DNA of 64,000 bases, taken from an uncultured Nitrososphaeraceae archaeon (GTDB lineage: Archaea; Thermoproteota; Nitrososphaeria; Nitrososphaerales; Nitrososphaeraceae). The position numbers and the translations under genes are program-made. The notes below the pieces were generated by a model that worked only from the letters and a program-made list of their open reading frames with translations, searched no databases and was not told where the DNA came from. Location of the stretch: positions 192,001 to 256,000 of the forward strand of contig CAVXZB010000084.1 in NCBI GenBank assembly GCA_963765895.1, written 5' to 3'. Every line of letters starts with the position of its first letter. Within the stretch, counting starts at the first letter, position 1. Positions 45,540 through 56,467 of the stretch are shown in pieces.

Positions 45540-45582
45540 AAGCGATCAGTCGTCAATCGTATTTAATCATAAATAAATGTAT

Positions 45583-46239
45583 TCAAATTCTCCTAGATAT
45601 TTCTAAGGATCTGATAACTTCATCAAAGTTTCTTATTTTTGAATCTAATCTCTCTATTGCAGCCGTAATTGTCTCTTGGGCCGTTAGCGCCCCATTCGTC
45701 TCGACCGTCAAAATAGACTCATTTTCATCTTTCCCATCTATCACAACTGACGCTGATGTAGGCTGCCACTTTGCATGATCCTTTCCAAAGCCCAATCTAG
45801 CATAAGCTTCGAACTTTATCTTTTGGGCAGGTGCAAGAACTATAATTGGAATTGCCGTACTTATCGGCTTTACTACCTCATCTTCAGACACCAGGTCACC
45901 AGACGTGACCACTTTAGTCTTATCATTAGCTTCTGAGTCCATAGAGAGTAACACCCTGCACTTAGAGCAACCCAAAGTACTATTGCAATCACAATCGTGA
46001 GGTAACACGAATCTATGTAAGTCAGTTCGTAATGGAATAAGGCCCAACCTGTGGGCTACAGCTTCATCATGCATCACTGACGAGTTTTCTAGAATTACGA
46101 CGTCATCAATGGCCAAGGTAGGAACTTCGTTTATAGATAACCTTCTTATCGCATTTACATACTGTCTCGGTGCGTTAATGAATCTTATGACAACCTTATC
46201 ACTAACGTTTTCAAGTATTTCAATAGATGCTGAAGTCAA
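45583..46239 (-). CDS. rpoD: DNA-directed RNA polymerase subunit D (Rpo3)
   Basis: NAIRR...EVPTLAIDDV..ENSSV..DE..AHRLGLIPL, Cys cluster, GKDHAKWQP. Confidence 0.96.
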   Translation of the reverse strand: MTSASIEILENVSDKVVIRFINAPRQYVNAIRRLSINEVPTLAIDDVVILENSSVMHDEAVAHRLGLIPLRTDLHRFVLPHDCDCNSTLGCSKCRVLLSMDSEANDKTKVVTSGDLVSEDEVVKPISTAIPIIVLAPAQKIKFEAYARLGFGKDHAKWQPTSASVVIDGKDENESILTVETNGALTAQETITAAIERLDSKIRNFDEVIRSLEISRRI

Positions 46240-46623
46240 GCCTTAATAAATCCATTCAGTACGTATTAAAAATCTACCGAAAGTTATACACCGAAGCTGT
46301 TAACATATAAAAATTATAGTCAATTTACATTATTATTTAAATGATATCCAAGCTACGTTTGACAATCTGTGATATAATTCTCCGATGGGATGAAGTTGTT
46401 TATCCATAAATTAAAGTTATTTTTTCATCTTATATTACTAGTTAATATTTTACACTGTTTTCTGTCTATAAGGAAACCATATTTAGTTTACATGGATAGA
46501 TAATATTGTAAAATACATATTTTATGATTAACGTCTAATAGAATAAAAGAAATCATATTTCTAAAATATATTATGTTATGTTATAATATTTTTTATATTT
46601 CCTCCTACGTGGAAAGCCTTATA

Positions 46624-48148
46624 ATGTATGTGAAAACGATGGGAACAGCTGTTTTATTTGTAGGTATTTTCGTTGGCCTGATCGCATTATTGATAACTAG
46701 TACAGTTAGCAATGTACTGGCTCAGCCCGCATATCCGCGTACTGAGAACTACACAAAATCTAGTCCTGCAGTACCATACAGTTGCTTCAAGCATGTGGGT
46801 GTAAGCGCCGAGACACCTAATGGAGACAAAACAAAGCCATTGTTGGTAGATAAGGATGGAAACCTGACACCATGTGATATAAATGAAGGAGATAACGCCT
46901 GGATGTTGGCAGCTTCTGCACTTGTGCTGATAATGACTCCAGGCGGACTCGCAATATTCTATTCTGGTCTTTCTAGACAGAAAAATGCTGTAAATACACT
47001 TCATATGGTATTCATAGCAACTGGCGTAATAGCGATACAGTGGGTTTTATGGGGATATAGTTTAGCTTTTGGACCTGACGCAATGGGCAATGGTTTCATA
47101 GGAAATTTTGCTTGGGTCGGCTTACAAAATGTTTTGCATGATGTTCCATCAGACGTTTACGGAGGCCTAGCAGGACCAACCATACCTCACCAAACGTACA
47201 TGATATTCCAAATGATGTTCGCTATTATCACTCCTGCTCTTATTGTCGCGGCACTCGCAGAAAGAATGAAATGGAGCGCATTTTTGGTCTTTATAGTGCT
47301 CTGGGCCACATTTGTCTACGATTTTGCGGCTCATTGGACATGGTCACTGGGATCTGGCGGAACACATGTCGGATGGACGGGAGCGCTACCATCGTTGGAC
47401 TTTGCAGGAGGAACAGTAATCCATGTGACTTCTGGTTGGTCTGGACTGGTTATTGCGCTCATGCTCGGGAGGAGGTTGGGATATGGCAAGATTCCAATGG
47501 AGCCTCACAATCTAACACTCATCGGTACTCGGAGCTGCTCTACTATGGTTTGGATGGTTTGGCTTTAACGCAGGTTCCGCAGCTTGGGCAGGAACAAATG
47601 CTACGAGTGCATTTGTTGCCACGCAAATTGCAACTGGCATGGCCGCTGTGACATGGATGTTAATTTCGTGGGCCCATACAGGTAGAGCGTCGACTGTTGG
47701 TGCAGCATCTGGTGCTGTGGCAGGCTTGGTAGCAATCACTCCCGCATCTGGATATGTTGGACCTATGGCATCAATCATCATTGGAATAATTGCTTCCATT
47801 GTTTGCTATGCAGCAGTCATGTTTAAGAACAAACGCAAATGGGATGATGCCCTCGATACCTGGGGGGTTCATGGAATGGGCGGTCTTGTTGGGGCACTAC
47901 TAACTGGAATCTTTGCCCAAAAGATGTATACTCCGATCGCTAATGGACTCGCATTTGGAAATCCACAGCAATTATTGAATAACGCAATCGGCGCATTTGC
48001 AGCGCTTGCTTGGTGTATGGGAATCACTGCCGTTATAATAAAGGTCATGGACGTTGTGTGGCCAGGGGGAATCAGGGTTACTCCAAAGGAAGAAGAGATA
48101 GGGTTGGACTTGACCCAACATGGAGAAAGAGCATACGTTACAGAGTAA
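46624..48148 (+). CDS. amt: ammonium transporter Amt (+1 frameshift at about 47524)
   Basis: AWMLAASALVLIMTPG, FQMMFAIITPAL, DFAGGTVIH, AGLVAITPASG, DDALDTWGVHG, EEEIGLD..QHGE; deleting one G restores LIVLGAALLWFGWFGFN. Confidence 0.95.
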
Positions 48149-48248
48149 CTTTCCCATTATTTTATTAACAAATAGGCCGGTTGCTTGAATATCTCGCGGA
48201 GAGACAACCAAGTATATATTTTTATTTTAGAGTAGATTTTACTAATTA

Positions 48249-48941
48249 GTGCCAGAGAGTAAGTTTAGTGTAGTTCGACTGATTTTTGGAAATAATAAAT
48301 TTGAAATATTGGTGAAGCCTGATCCCGCTCTAGAGTATAAACTCGGCAAAATACACGATCTCTCAAAGGTCCTTGTTTCCGATGAAATTTATACCGACGC
48401 AAACAAAGGATCAAGGGCGAGTAGCGACAAGCTATCAAAATATTTCAGGACTTCCGATCCAATGGAGGTAGCAAAACAAATTCTTCTTCGTGGCGAGCAT
48501 AGTCTTACAACTGAACAACGTAGAAGGATGATAGAAGAAAAGAAAAAGCAGATTGTTCATTATATTAACAGAAATTTTGTTGACCCAAGAACACATTTGC
48601 CACATCCACCCCTTCGAATTGCTAGCGCAATGGATGAAGTAAGAACTGTAATCGACCCATACAAGAAGGCTGAAGACCAAGCAAAAGTTGTAATAGATGC
48701 TGTCAGAAAGATTTTGCCCCTTAAATCAGAAAACGTCATCCTGACGATTACTGTACCGTCTTCATGCGCAGCCCAGTCTTATAGCGCACTGAAAAATGCT
48801 GGTAGTCTTAAGGAAGAGCAGTGGCTTGCCGATGGTTCGCTAAAATTATTAATAGAAACCAATGCCGGAATGAAGGGGGATTTATTGGACAGAATTGGAT
48901 CTATAACAAGAGGTACCGCTTCGATAACTGAGCAATTATAA
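48249..48941 (+). CDS. ribosome assembly factor SBDS
   Basis: KFEILVKPD, IYTDANKG, LTTEQRR, DPRTHLPHPP.RI. Confidence 0.95.
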   Translation: MPESKFSVVRLIFGNNKFEILVKPDPALEYKLGKIHDLSKVLVSDEIYTDANKGSRASSDKLSKYFRTSDPMEVAKQILLRGEHSLTTEQRRRMIEEKKKQIVHYINRNFVDPRTHLPHPPLRIASAMDEVRTVIDPYKKAEDQAKVVIDAVRKILPLKSENVILTITVPSSCAAQSYSALKNAGSLKEEQWLADGSLKLLIETNAGMKGDLLDRIGSITRGTASITEQL

Positions 48942-49053
48942 CAAAATTCAATCGTACAATTAACATATAAGTCCCCTCCTATAGACCAAATGCAGAGAAT
49001 GAAAACATTCATTTCATATGAACTTAGTGAAGAGTGGGTGACCTGTTAGGATC

Positions 49054-49830
49054 ATGCAGGAAATCAAACGAAAATATGTAGTTCCTGGTGATAAAATTAT
49101 AGAGGGTAACTTTAGACCTTTAATGAATGTGATTAAAACAGGCAATGCGATTATTGCAACGAGGATAGGAATTGCAGAGGCTGGTAGAGATGGGATCAAG
49201 GTTATACCGTTATCTGGCGTTTACATTCCGAGAGTAAACGATATCGTGATAGGAAAGATTACAGATCATTCATCCTTATCCTGGGAGGTAGACATAAATT
49301 CATGTTTTTCTGCTCATCTTCCTGCCCAAGATGTTTTCGGGAGGGATTTTTCTCCTGCGAGGGATGATATGAACAGGCAATTAGCAACAGGAGATCTAAT
49401 TACTGCACGGATTATCGCATTTGATCGAACAAGAGATCCAATGCTTACTGTTCAAGATAAAGATTTAGGAAAAATTGCTCGAGGTGAATTGCTAAAAATA
49501 TCTGCAACACGAGTTCCACGTCTTATAGGTAAGCGAGGATCAATGATTCAGACGATTGAACAAGCTACGCAAACTAGAATTATGATTGGTCAAAACGGAA
49601 TCATTGTCGTCATGGGTAAGCATTTAGATGGGACGCAATTAGCCATTAGGGCTATCAAAATGGTTGAGGAAGAAGCACATATGTCAAATTTAACACAGAG
49701 AATCAAGATTTTGCTCAATGTGTCGGATGGTTCTCAGGTCGACGTCCATGCAAATCAACCACAGGAGAATCAGAAGGAATCTACCTTAAAAGTTGATGAA
49801 TCCGAACCCGAGTCGGAGATAGGACAATGA
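49054..49830 (+). CDS. rrp4: exosome RNA-binding subunit Rrp4
   Basis: [16 protein letters not shown] (S1), [12 protein letters not shown] (KH), GQNG. Confidence 0.95.
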   Translation: MQEIKRKYVVPGDKIIEGNFRPLMNVIKTGNAIIATRIGIAEAGRDGIKVIPLSGVYIPRVNDIVIGKITDHSSLSWEVDINSCFSAHLPAQDVFGRDFSPARDDMNRQLATGDLITARIIAFDRTRDPMLTVQDKDLGKIARGELLKISATRVPRLIGKRGSMIQTIEQATQTRIMIGQNGIIVVMGKHLDGTQLAIRAIKMVEEEAHMSNLTQRIKILLNVSDGSQVDVHANQPQENQKESTLKVDESEPESEIGQ

Positions 49831-50570
49831 CCCAAACAAGAAATTTAATTGATGCCAGGGGGTTACGAACTGATGGCCGAACTCCAGATGAATTGCGCGA
49901 GATTAAAATACAGATAGGAGTAGTGAAAAATGCAGATGGTTCTGCATTTATAGAATTTGGTAATAACAAGATTATAGTTGCGGTGTATGGTCCACGAGAA
50001 GTACATCCCAAACACATGGCGTTGCCTGATCGATGTGTGCTGAGGTGTAGATACCACATGTCCCCATTCTCGACTGACACGCGTAAAAATCCTGCCCCAT
50101 CTAGGAGAGAGGTCGAAATCTCAAAAGTCATGAGAGAATCACTCGAACCGGCCTTAATGTTAGAAGATTATCCCAGAGCAGCAATAGACGTTTTCGTTGA
50201 AGTATTGCAAGCGGATGGTGGATCAAGATGTGCAGGAATCACTGCTGCTTCTGTAGCTCTTGCAGATGCTGGAATAAATATGAGAGATATTGTAACGGCT
50301 TGTGCAGCAGGTAAAGTTGACGAAAGGATTGTCCTGGATATAAACGACACCGAAGACAAGGAAGGCGGAGCTGACATGCCAGTAGCGTACATGCCTCATT
50401 TGAACCAAATTACCCTATTACAACTAGATGGTATATTAAGCAGTGATCAGTTTAAAGAATGCTTAGATAAAGCGTTGAATGGCTGTAAGTTGATCTATGA
50501 AATTCAAAGATCAGCATTGATGAAGAAGTATTTCGGAAGCGAATCTGAGGAGATAAGAGACGAACAATGA
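49827..50570 (+). CDS. rrp41: exosome exonuclease Rrp41
   Basis: RTDGR..DELR, ADGSA, VYGPRE, YHMSPFS, QADGGSR. Confidence 0.96.
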   Translation: MTQTRNLIDARGLRTDGRTPDELREIKIQIGVVKNADGSAFIEFGNNKIIVAVYGPREVHPKHMALPDRCVLRCRYHMSPFSTDTRKNPAPSRREVEISKVMRESLEPALMLEDYPRAAIDVFVEVLQADGGSRCAGITAASVALADAGINMRDIVTACAAGKVDERIVLDINDTEDKEGGADMPVAYMPHLNQITLLQLDGILSSDQFKECLDKALNGCKLIYEIQRSALMKKYFGSESEEIRDEQ

Positions 50571-51394
50571 GTTCTTCCAAGCGATCTACGCTAATTGTAG
50601 AACATCTGCGAAAACAACAGATGTGGGACGCCATTTCGAAGGGTAAGAGACTTGATGGCAGGAATTTAGATGAATTAAGAACGCTAAACATTGAACTGGG
50701 TATTATAAAGAAAGCAAATGGATCTGCAAGAGTAAGTCTGGGCAATTCTGAAGTAGTGGCTGGAGTAAAGGTTGAAACTGGTGAGCCTTTCGAAGGATTA
50801 GAAAATAAGGGTGCATTGATTGTCTCCGCAGAAGTACTCCCTACTGCTTCTCCATTTATCGAGCCTGGTCCACCTGACGAAGAAACTGTAGAATTAGCAA
50901 GGGTAGTTGATAGAGGAGTTAGAGAATCTGAAATGATCGACCTAGACAAATTGGCCCTAATTCCGGGAGAAATTGTCTATACAATATTCGTTGATTGCAG
51001 CATAACTAACGCGGACGGGAATTTATTTGATTGCACGTCCTATGCGGTGGTTTCAGCCTTAATGAGTTGCAAACTTCCCGTCTTCGAAATTCAGGACAAC
51101 AAGGTAATCGATACCGGTGCAATAAAATCTACGCCCATTACAACAATACCAGTATCTATAACTGCGGCTAGAATAGGAGATTCAATAATTTTGGATCCAA
51201 CTGCAGAGGAAGAAGCTTGTATGAATGCGAGGATAACTATTACTACTAATTCAGATAATAACTTTACGGCCGTTCAGAAGGGCGCTACCGGAACCTTTAC
51301 TAGCGAACAAATTAAGAATCTTTTGGATACTGCTAGGGTAAAGGGAGAAGAAGTAAGAAGTAAAATAAAGGAGACGACAAGAATTGGTGAGTAG
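50567..51394 (+). CDS. rrp42: exosome subunit Rrp42
   Basis: [43 protein letters not shown]. Confidence 0.96.
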   Translation: MSSSKRSTLIVEHLRKQQMWDAISKGKRLDGRNLDELRTLNIELGIIKKANGSARVSLGNSEVVAGVKVETGEPFEGLENKGALIVSAEVLPTASPFIEPGPPDEETVELARVVDRGVRESEMIDLDKLALIPGEIVYTIFVDCSITNADGNLFDCTSYAVVSALMSCKLPVFEIQDNKVIDTGAIKSTPITTIPVSITAARIGDSIILDPTAEEEACMNARITITTNSDNNFTAVQKGATGTFTSEQIKNLLDTARVKGEEVRSKIKETTRIGE

Positions 51395-51608
51395 AAGGAA
51401 GCATAGATCCAGTTCGCTTAAGGGTCTAGGGATCAAGTTTGGTGCGACCGTTCGTAAAAGATATGGCATGGCGTACAAGACATTAAAGGAAAAAAGACGG
51501 TGTCCATCTTGTGGCTCTCTACAATTACATAGAATTGCTTTAGGGATTTGGCATTGTCCAAAATGCAACTATAAAATTGCATCAGGAGCATATGATGTCA
51601 ATTTATAG
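51384..51608 (+). CDS. rpl37ae: 50S ribosomal protein L37ae
   Basis: KFGATVRKR, CPSC, GIWHCPKC, SGAY. Confidence 0.93.
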   Translation: MVSRRKHRSSSLKGLGIKFGATVRKRYGMAYKTLKEKRRCPSCGSLQLHRIALGIWHCPKCNYKIASGAYDVNL

Positions 51609-51858
51609 AAATTTCAAAACTGAAATGACCTTTTCTTTCGATCCTGTTTGTCCTAAATCAGATGACATTGCCAAATCTCTCTGTTTGTCGTTGAAATCAG
51701 ACACTCGATCCGAATCAACGAATACTGAGAGTAAATTTGCGGTAAGAGATTCAAAATTACTTATTCAAATATCGACAACAAATATCGCTGATTTAAGAGC
51801 ATGTGTTAATACTAATCTTAGGCTAACAAATATGGCATATTTATCAATTTTGGATTGA
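51577..51858 (+). CDS. pcc1: KEOPS subunit Pcc1-like protein
   Basis: Conserved position between L37ae and prefoldin; 'LLIQIST..IADLRACVNTNLRL'; start may be ATG about 51594. Confidence 0.7.
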   Translation: MHQEHMMSIYRNFKTEMTFSFDPVCPKSDDIAKSLCLSLKSDTRSESTNTESKFAVRDSKLLIQISTTNIADLRACVNTNLRLTNMAYLSILD

Positions 51859-52246
51859 TAAGAGGAATCGATGTACAAAGTTAAAAAATTCTCGGTACTG
51901 TCTAATTATACTAATAGCGGACCACTTAATCACGAGTATATTTTTGAGTGTATCAAGTGAAATGCTTTACACACGTTAGCTGACAAGTATAACTGGATTT
52001 GACTAGGAAGACTGCTAGGATTGTCAAATATCTTGAGGGTATTGAACCAAGAATGGCGTCTATATTGTTCTCTAGCGCAGTAATCATAACACGATGGTTC
52101 CAAACAACTAACAGATCCATACCTATTTCCCTCAAAATGTTTTTATTAATTGACAAGATTGTCCAATGTATAGATTTTGTATTGCGTAACCCACTTAGTC
52201 GTAAATACACATTTGGTATTTATAATACCATTCACATCATAGTACC

Positions 52247-52645
52247 ATGAGTGAACAAGAACTTCCACCATGGTTAAGAGAACAGGTATCTCGCTTACAA
52301 CAACTTCAACAAAATCTACAATCTATAATGATGCAAAAGCAGCAGGTCGAAATAGAGGCCATGGAAACTGGTAGGGCGATAGATGAGTTAAAAAAAATAG
52401 GTCCAGACGACACTATCTATAAAAATGCCGGACCTCTACTCATTAAAGCAAACAAGGATGAAGTATCAAGAGAACTCGAAGAAAAGAAAGAATTATCAAA
52501 TACCAGATTGATGGTGTTAACAAAGCAAGAAACACGGGTCAAAGATAATCTGAAAGAAGTCGAGGCAAAGATAAACCAAATGATTGCCGGAGCTCAAGGA
52601 ACAATTGGCAGCTCTGTATCTAATTCGAAAAATCAAAACGAATAA
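52247..52645 (+). CDS. pfdB: prefoldin subunit beta
   Basis: ELPPWL, LQQLQQNLQ..MMQKQQ, IYKNAGPLLIK, coiled coils. Confidence 0.95.
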   Translation: MSEQELPPWLREQVSRLQQLQQNLQSIMMQKQQVEIEAMETGRAIDELKKIGPDDTIYKNAGPLLIKANKDEVSRELEEKKELSNTRLMVLTKQETRVKDNLKEVEAKINQMIAGAQGTIGSSVSNSKNQNE

Positions 52646-52748
52646 ATGCCCACCCCTTAACGTGGACTACTCTAAATACGTATTCTAAGGTAATATTCAA
52701 CTTAGAGTCAGTTAGTTATTGGTACAGCTGCTTAACTAATGAATAATA

Positions 52749-53483
52749 ATGTCTGTTAGGATTGTTATCGATGAGAGGGAACGAAACAGCCAAATACCCA
52801 AGTTACTCTTGGATGCAGGAGTTAGGGTCAATTTTGCGCAATTGAAAGTTGGGGACTACATAACTTCAGCCGCGACCGCAATTGAAAGAAAGACCATCAA
52901 CGACCTGATCTGTTCTATATATGATGGAAGATTATTTTTGCAATGTAGTGACTTAAACCAGTTTTATTCCAAACCTGTGCTCCTTATCGAGGGCAACATA
53001 TTGGATCTTGCAGATATTCCAGTTGGAATTACAAATGACAAGCAATTGAAAACCCTCGTTGAAAGACTGCCTCTAGCCTACGAAACACTCTCGAAAATAG
53101 TATTAAATTTTAGAATTCCAATAATACCTACACCATCTGCGGAGTACACAGCCCAATTGCTAATTCTTATGGCAAAAATTGCAAGAGATAAGGAAGACGA
53201 CAATGGTCCATTATTAAGGAAAATAAGGAAGGGAAAACCAGCATATTATCAACAGCTTTCGATTTTATCTTCGATACCAGGCATAGGAGACAAGCTGGCG
53301 ATTAGAATGCTTCAAAAATTCAAAACACCAGACAGAGCATTGAATGCAAGTATTGCAGAGCTCGCGATGGTTTCCGGCTTTGGAACAACACGTGCAGTTA
53401 AAGTAAGAGAAATCCTTGACCGGATGGTTGTTGACGATTTAGATTTTGCGGTGCAGACTACCCTCAGTGACAACGGAAGTTAA
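52749..53483 (+). CDS. xpf: short XPF/ERCC4 structure-specific nuclease
   Basis: IVIDERE, VGDY, IERKT..DL..SI.DGRL..Q, tandem HhH (IPGIG, VSGFG). Confidence 0.92.
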   Translation: MSVRIVIDERERNSQIPKLLLDAGVRVNFAQLKVGDYITSAATAIERKTINDLICSIYDGRLFLQCSDLNQFYSKPVLLIEGNILDLADIPVGITNDKQLKTLVERLPLAYETLSKIVLNFRIPIIPTPSAEYTAQLLILMAKIARDKEDDNGPLLRKIRKGKPAYYQQLSILSSIPGIGDKLAIRMLQKFKTPDRALNASIAELAMVSGFGTTRAVKVREILDRMVVDDLDFAVQTTLSDNGS

Positions 53484-53579
53484 AGCCTTTATTGCCAGAA
53501 TTCGTGAATATAGTTACTTCAAGTCTACCGTTCTACCAAGCCCGATCTCCTTTTTTGCATACATTTTGATAACTTCAAT

Positions 53580-55727
53580 CTAAAGAGATACAGACTGGGC
53601 TTGGAATATCGATGGAGAGTTACAAAAGGGACAATTCGCACTATTCAATGCAGTGGACTTCTTGCCACATGTATTACATATCTTAATCTTTAGCTTGGGA
53701 CGCATGTAATTAAGATTAGAAGCGATTTCTAGCGTCTTTTTTGTGTCTGAAATAGAAGTACTGTTGCTAAAATCGATATCGACAGATAATCCTCCATTAA
53801 GTAGTCTATCTATCGCATTAAATTCCTCTATAGCCCTAATCGTGTCCTCACCGTGCAAAATTTTGGCGCCATCTAGTAACATACCCTGAGAATATATATC
53901 ATACTCCTTCTTTGGTGCAAGTATAAGACTTCGACCATACTTGTCGGAGTCGAGAGTGGCAAATCTAGAAGTACCATGATCGTGTATCATAGCAACTCCT
54001 ATTGTTTCTTCACCTAATTGTTTTCCTTGATCCATTGCCACATCGACTGAAGTCTTAATTACTTTGTGCAATATTTCTGGCCCGTTATTAGTAGCATCGT
54101 GTCCCAGGATATCGTAAACTGCCTCTCTAGCTCCAGCCAGGTTAATTATTATGTTAGCAACCCCTACTTCCATGTATTTGGCGCTACTTGCAACTATTGG
54201 TAGCGTTCCCTTCAGTATCAGATCGGTAATAATTTTCTTTCTAATTGATAACGCCATTAATGCTGGCTTAATTAACATCGCAAGCCGGGCACGAAAATAT
54301 GTTTCATCCTTGTTTGATTGGTAGGCAATTCTGGGAAGATTAATTGAAAGGGATTGCAATGTTATAACTGTGTTCGAAACCTTGTCACCAATGGATTTTC
54401 TAACTCCATTATTAGATCTTGTACCATCTTTAGAAATTGATATGACTCCCCCAAGTCTTATATTAGACGCAACCCTTTCTGAATGAATTCCAAATTTATG
54501 ACTGTTGGGATTGTATATTAATTCGAGGCCAATTCTGGGTATAGGCGTGCATTCAACATACTTTGAATAGCCAACTAGCAAGTCATCAATAAACTTGTCC
54601 TCCAATTCTTCTATAGGTAATATTATCGTCGTGAGAGGTAATCCAGAAATAGAGTAAGATGGGGATGATGAAGCATTCATTAACATTTTAGAAAATAATG
54701 ATGCAACGTTTCCCAGATTATCGGATAATTCTAGCATCTTGTGAGGTACCCCTTCCAATACGATTTCTGTGGAGGCCTCTCTGTTCAAAAGTGAAATCAA
54801 AATCGAAAGTGTGGAAACAAGGTCGTCAGATCTACGTAGGTTCTCGAATCTTGATACGTTCAGGTATTTCCCTTTAAAATTTAAACCGTTTGCACACAGG
54901 TCGTTAACATTGAGAAATATACTATCTGGCATTAGTCCCCAGGTACCGCAATGTGATATGTTTAATTCTCCTGCTAAATGCATATCAGCTAGATCCTTTG
55001 GAAGCACATTATTCAGAAGATGTTCAGAGAATAAGGAATGTGACACCTTAGAAAAAATACTGTCCATTCCATTTTTGAGTTTGTCGACACTAGCTAGCAT
55101 ATCCACTATATCGGAAGTTGGCAAACCTACCCTCGCCAACTTGTTTCGATAATCTTCATATCCATGCTCCACGAGTACGGAGTTCACAGTTTCTCTGATT
55201 AATGACGAGGTGAGATATGCAGTTTGAAATTTATAGATTTTATTTTCAACCTCTTCTGTAATTTTATGGGCTTGTTCGAGGGGCATATTAGCTTCTCTTA
55301 CCAGGGATTGTACTATTTTGTGTGCGTTGAATTCCTCAATCGAATGTCGAGAGGTCCGGACGTACATTTTACCACTCTCAACTATAGATCGTTCTTCGAT
55401 CTGTCGAGCAAGACTCAATACTAGTTTGCCTAAATTAGTAATAGTGTACCTGCGTTCAGACTTATTGAGAGCAACTAAGGATTGTCTTAGGAGCTTTCTC
55501 AAGTGATACGCAAATTTGCCGGACTCCTTTTTGGATTTAAATCCGGCAAGCGATTTTAACTCAGAATACGTAAGCGGTCCTTTAGAATTTAAAATTCTGA
55601 GGATATCAATCCGGTTAGGACTCGCCATAACCGAGAATATCATTCTAACCCTTTTAGTGGCTGATTCTAATACTCCTCCTCGTCTAGATTCAGTTTGAAA
55701 TGAAAATTCATGGCTCAACTGTTCCAT
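53580..55727 (-). CDS. ArsR-type HTH + ATP-cone + class III RNR (NrdD)-like domain fusion, apparently non-catalytic
   Basis: SPNRIDILRIL..GPLTYSELK...FAYHLRKL (wHTH); VRTS...EEFNAHKIVQSL.RE...IRETVN..L (ATP cone); LADMHLAGEL, SINLPRIA; terminal CNTC/CPFC. Confidence 0.85.
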   Translation of the reverse strand: MEQLSHEFSFQTESRRGGVLESATKRVRMIFSVMASPNRIDILRILNSKGPLTYSELKSLAGFKSKKESGKFAYHLRKLLRQSLVALNKSERRYTITNLGKLVLSLARQIEERSIVESGKMYVRTSRHSIEEFNAHKIVQSLVREANMPLEQAHKITEEVENKIYKFQTAYLTSSLIRETVNSVLVEHGYEDYRNKLARVGLPTSDIVDMLASVDKLKNGMDSIFSKVSHSLFSEHLLNNVLPKDLADMHLAGELNISHCGTWGLMPDSIFLNVNDLCANGLNFKGKYLNVSRFENLRRSDDLVSTLSILISLLNREASTEIVLEGVPHKMLELSDNLGNVASLFSKMLMNASSSPSYSISGLPLTTIILPIEELEDKFIDDLLVGYSKYVECTPIPRIGLELIYNPNSHKFGIHSERVASNIRLGGVISISKDGTRSNNGVRKSIGDKVSNTVITLQSLSINLPRIAYQSNKDETYFRARLAMLIKPALMALSIRKKIITDLILKGTLPIVASSAKYMEVGVANIIINLAGAREAVYDILGHDATNNGPEILHKVIKTSVDVAMDQGKQLGEETIGVAMIHDHGTSRFATLDSDKYGRSLILAPKKEYDIYSQGMLLDGAKILHGEDTIRAIEEFNAIDRLLNGGLSVDIDFSNSTSISDTKKTLEIASNLNYMRPKLKIKICNTCGKKSTALNSANCPFCNSPSIFQAQSVSL

Positions 55728-55846
55728 TGCACCGTTATTCTGAATAAATGATTAAAACTCCTTTGTAAATATCTTTTCACTAATGATGTAGTAAATAGTA
55801 AATAGTTAATAATAGATGACAAGTGTTTTGGCAGGTTGTCTAGAAT

Positions 55847-56467
55847 TTAACTCTCTACGAGAACTCTGCCTCCATCGAAAACCTGCTCATTCCTATCTGT
55901 GGATTTTGATCGGACATGGGGGATAGTTTGTGGCACGTCTGGTAGCCTCGCTTTTGCCTCGTCTTCCAAGAGATTTTCTACTTCGTCCAGTATCGAGAGT
56001 GCATCCACATCGACCTTCGTAGGAATGATATTTGAATCCACTTTGACTTTGGAATCAAGTAACACTTCCGACGTTACTGAAGCCATTTCGTTGAAGACTC
56101 CCTTTGCGGTAGGAACGACGTTCCAGATCTCATTCTGTATGTCTTTGATCGTTTCGATGGTTGGATTGATAGTTTCTAAAATTTTTGCAAATTCGTTAAT
56201 CGTACTAAAACGTAAGACGATGACTTCTAATGCTAAACACATATTCTGAGAAATACGATTGACATGATGAATATTTGATAGCTCGTTTGCCATGACTCTT
56301 GCATGGGCGTTATTGCCTTTCTTGAGGTTGCAAGCTATTTTATATCGGAAATCCTTATCAATAAGAGCAATTCTTTTATTAAGCATCTTCAGTTTTGTGA
56401 GCTGATTGCTGACTACAATCGTGGCATCCGTAAGATTACTCTTTATATGCTGTCGATGCTGTTCCAT
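55847..56467 (-). CDS. ESCRT-III/CdvB-like (Snf7) paralogue
   Basis: 'ARVMANELSNI', 'LALEVIVLRFSTINEF...TINP', 'DALSILDEVE...LPDVP' follow the CdvB helical pattern. Confidence 0.75.
   Translation of the reverse strand: MEQHRQHIKSNLTDATIVVSNQLTKLKMLNKRIALIDKDFRYKIACNLKKGNNAHARVMANELSNIHHVNRISQNMCLALEVIVLRFSTINEFAKILETINPTIETIKDIQNEIWNVVPTAKGVFNEMASVTSEVLLDSKVKVDSNIIPTKVDVDALSILDEVENLLEDEAKARLPDVPQTIPHVRSKSTDRNEQVFDGGRVLVES

Noticed and set aside
46250-46620. NrpR operator (GGAA-N6-TTCC) upstream of amt or glnA
   Set aside because: Only partial matches such as GGAAaccataTTTA in very AT-rich DNA.
51953-52250. Overlapping ORFs between pcc1 and prefoldin, and the many short antisense ORFs in the track
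   Set aside because: No recognisable motifs; most overlap well-supported genes on the opposite strand or in another frame.
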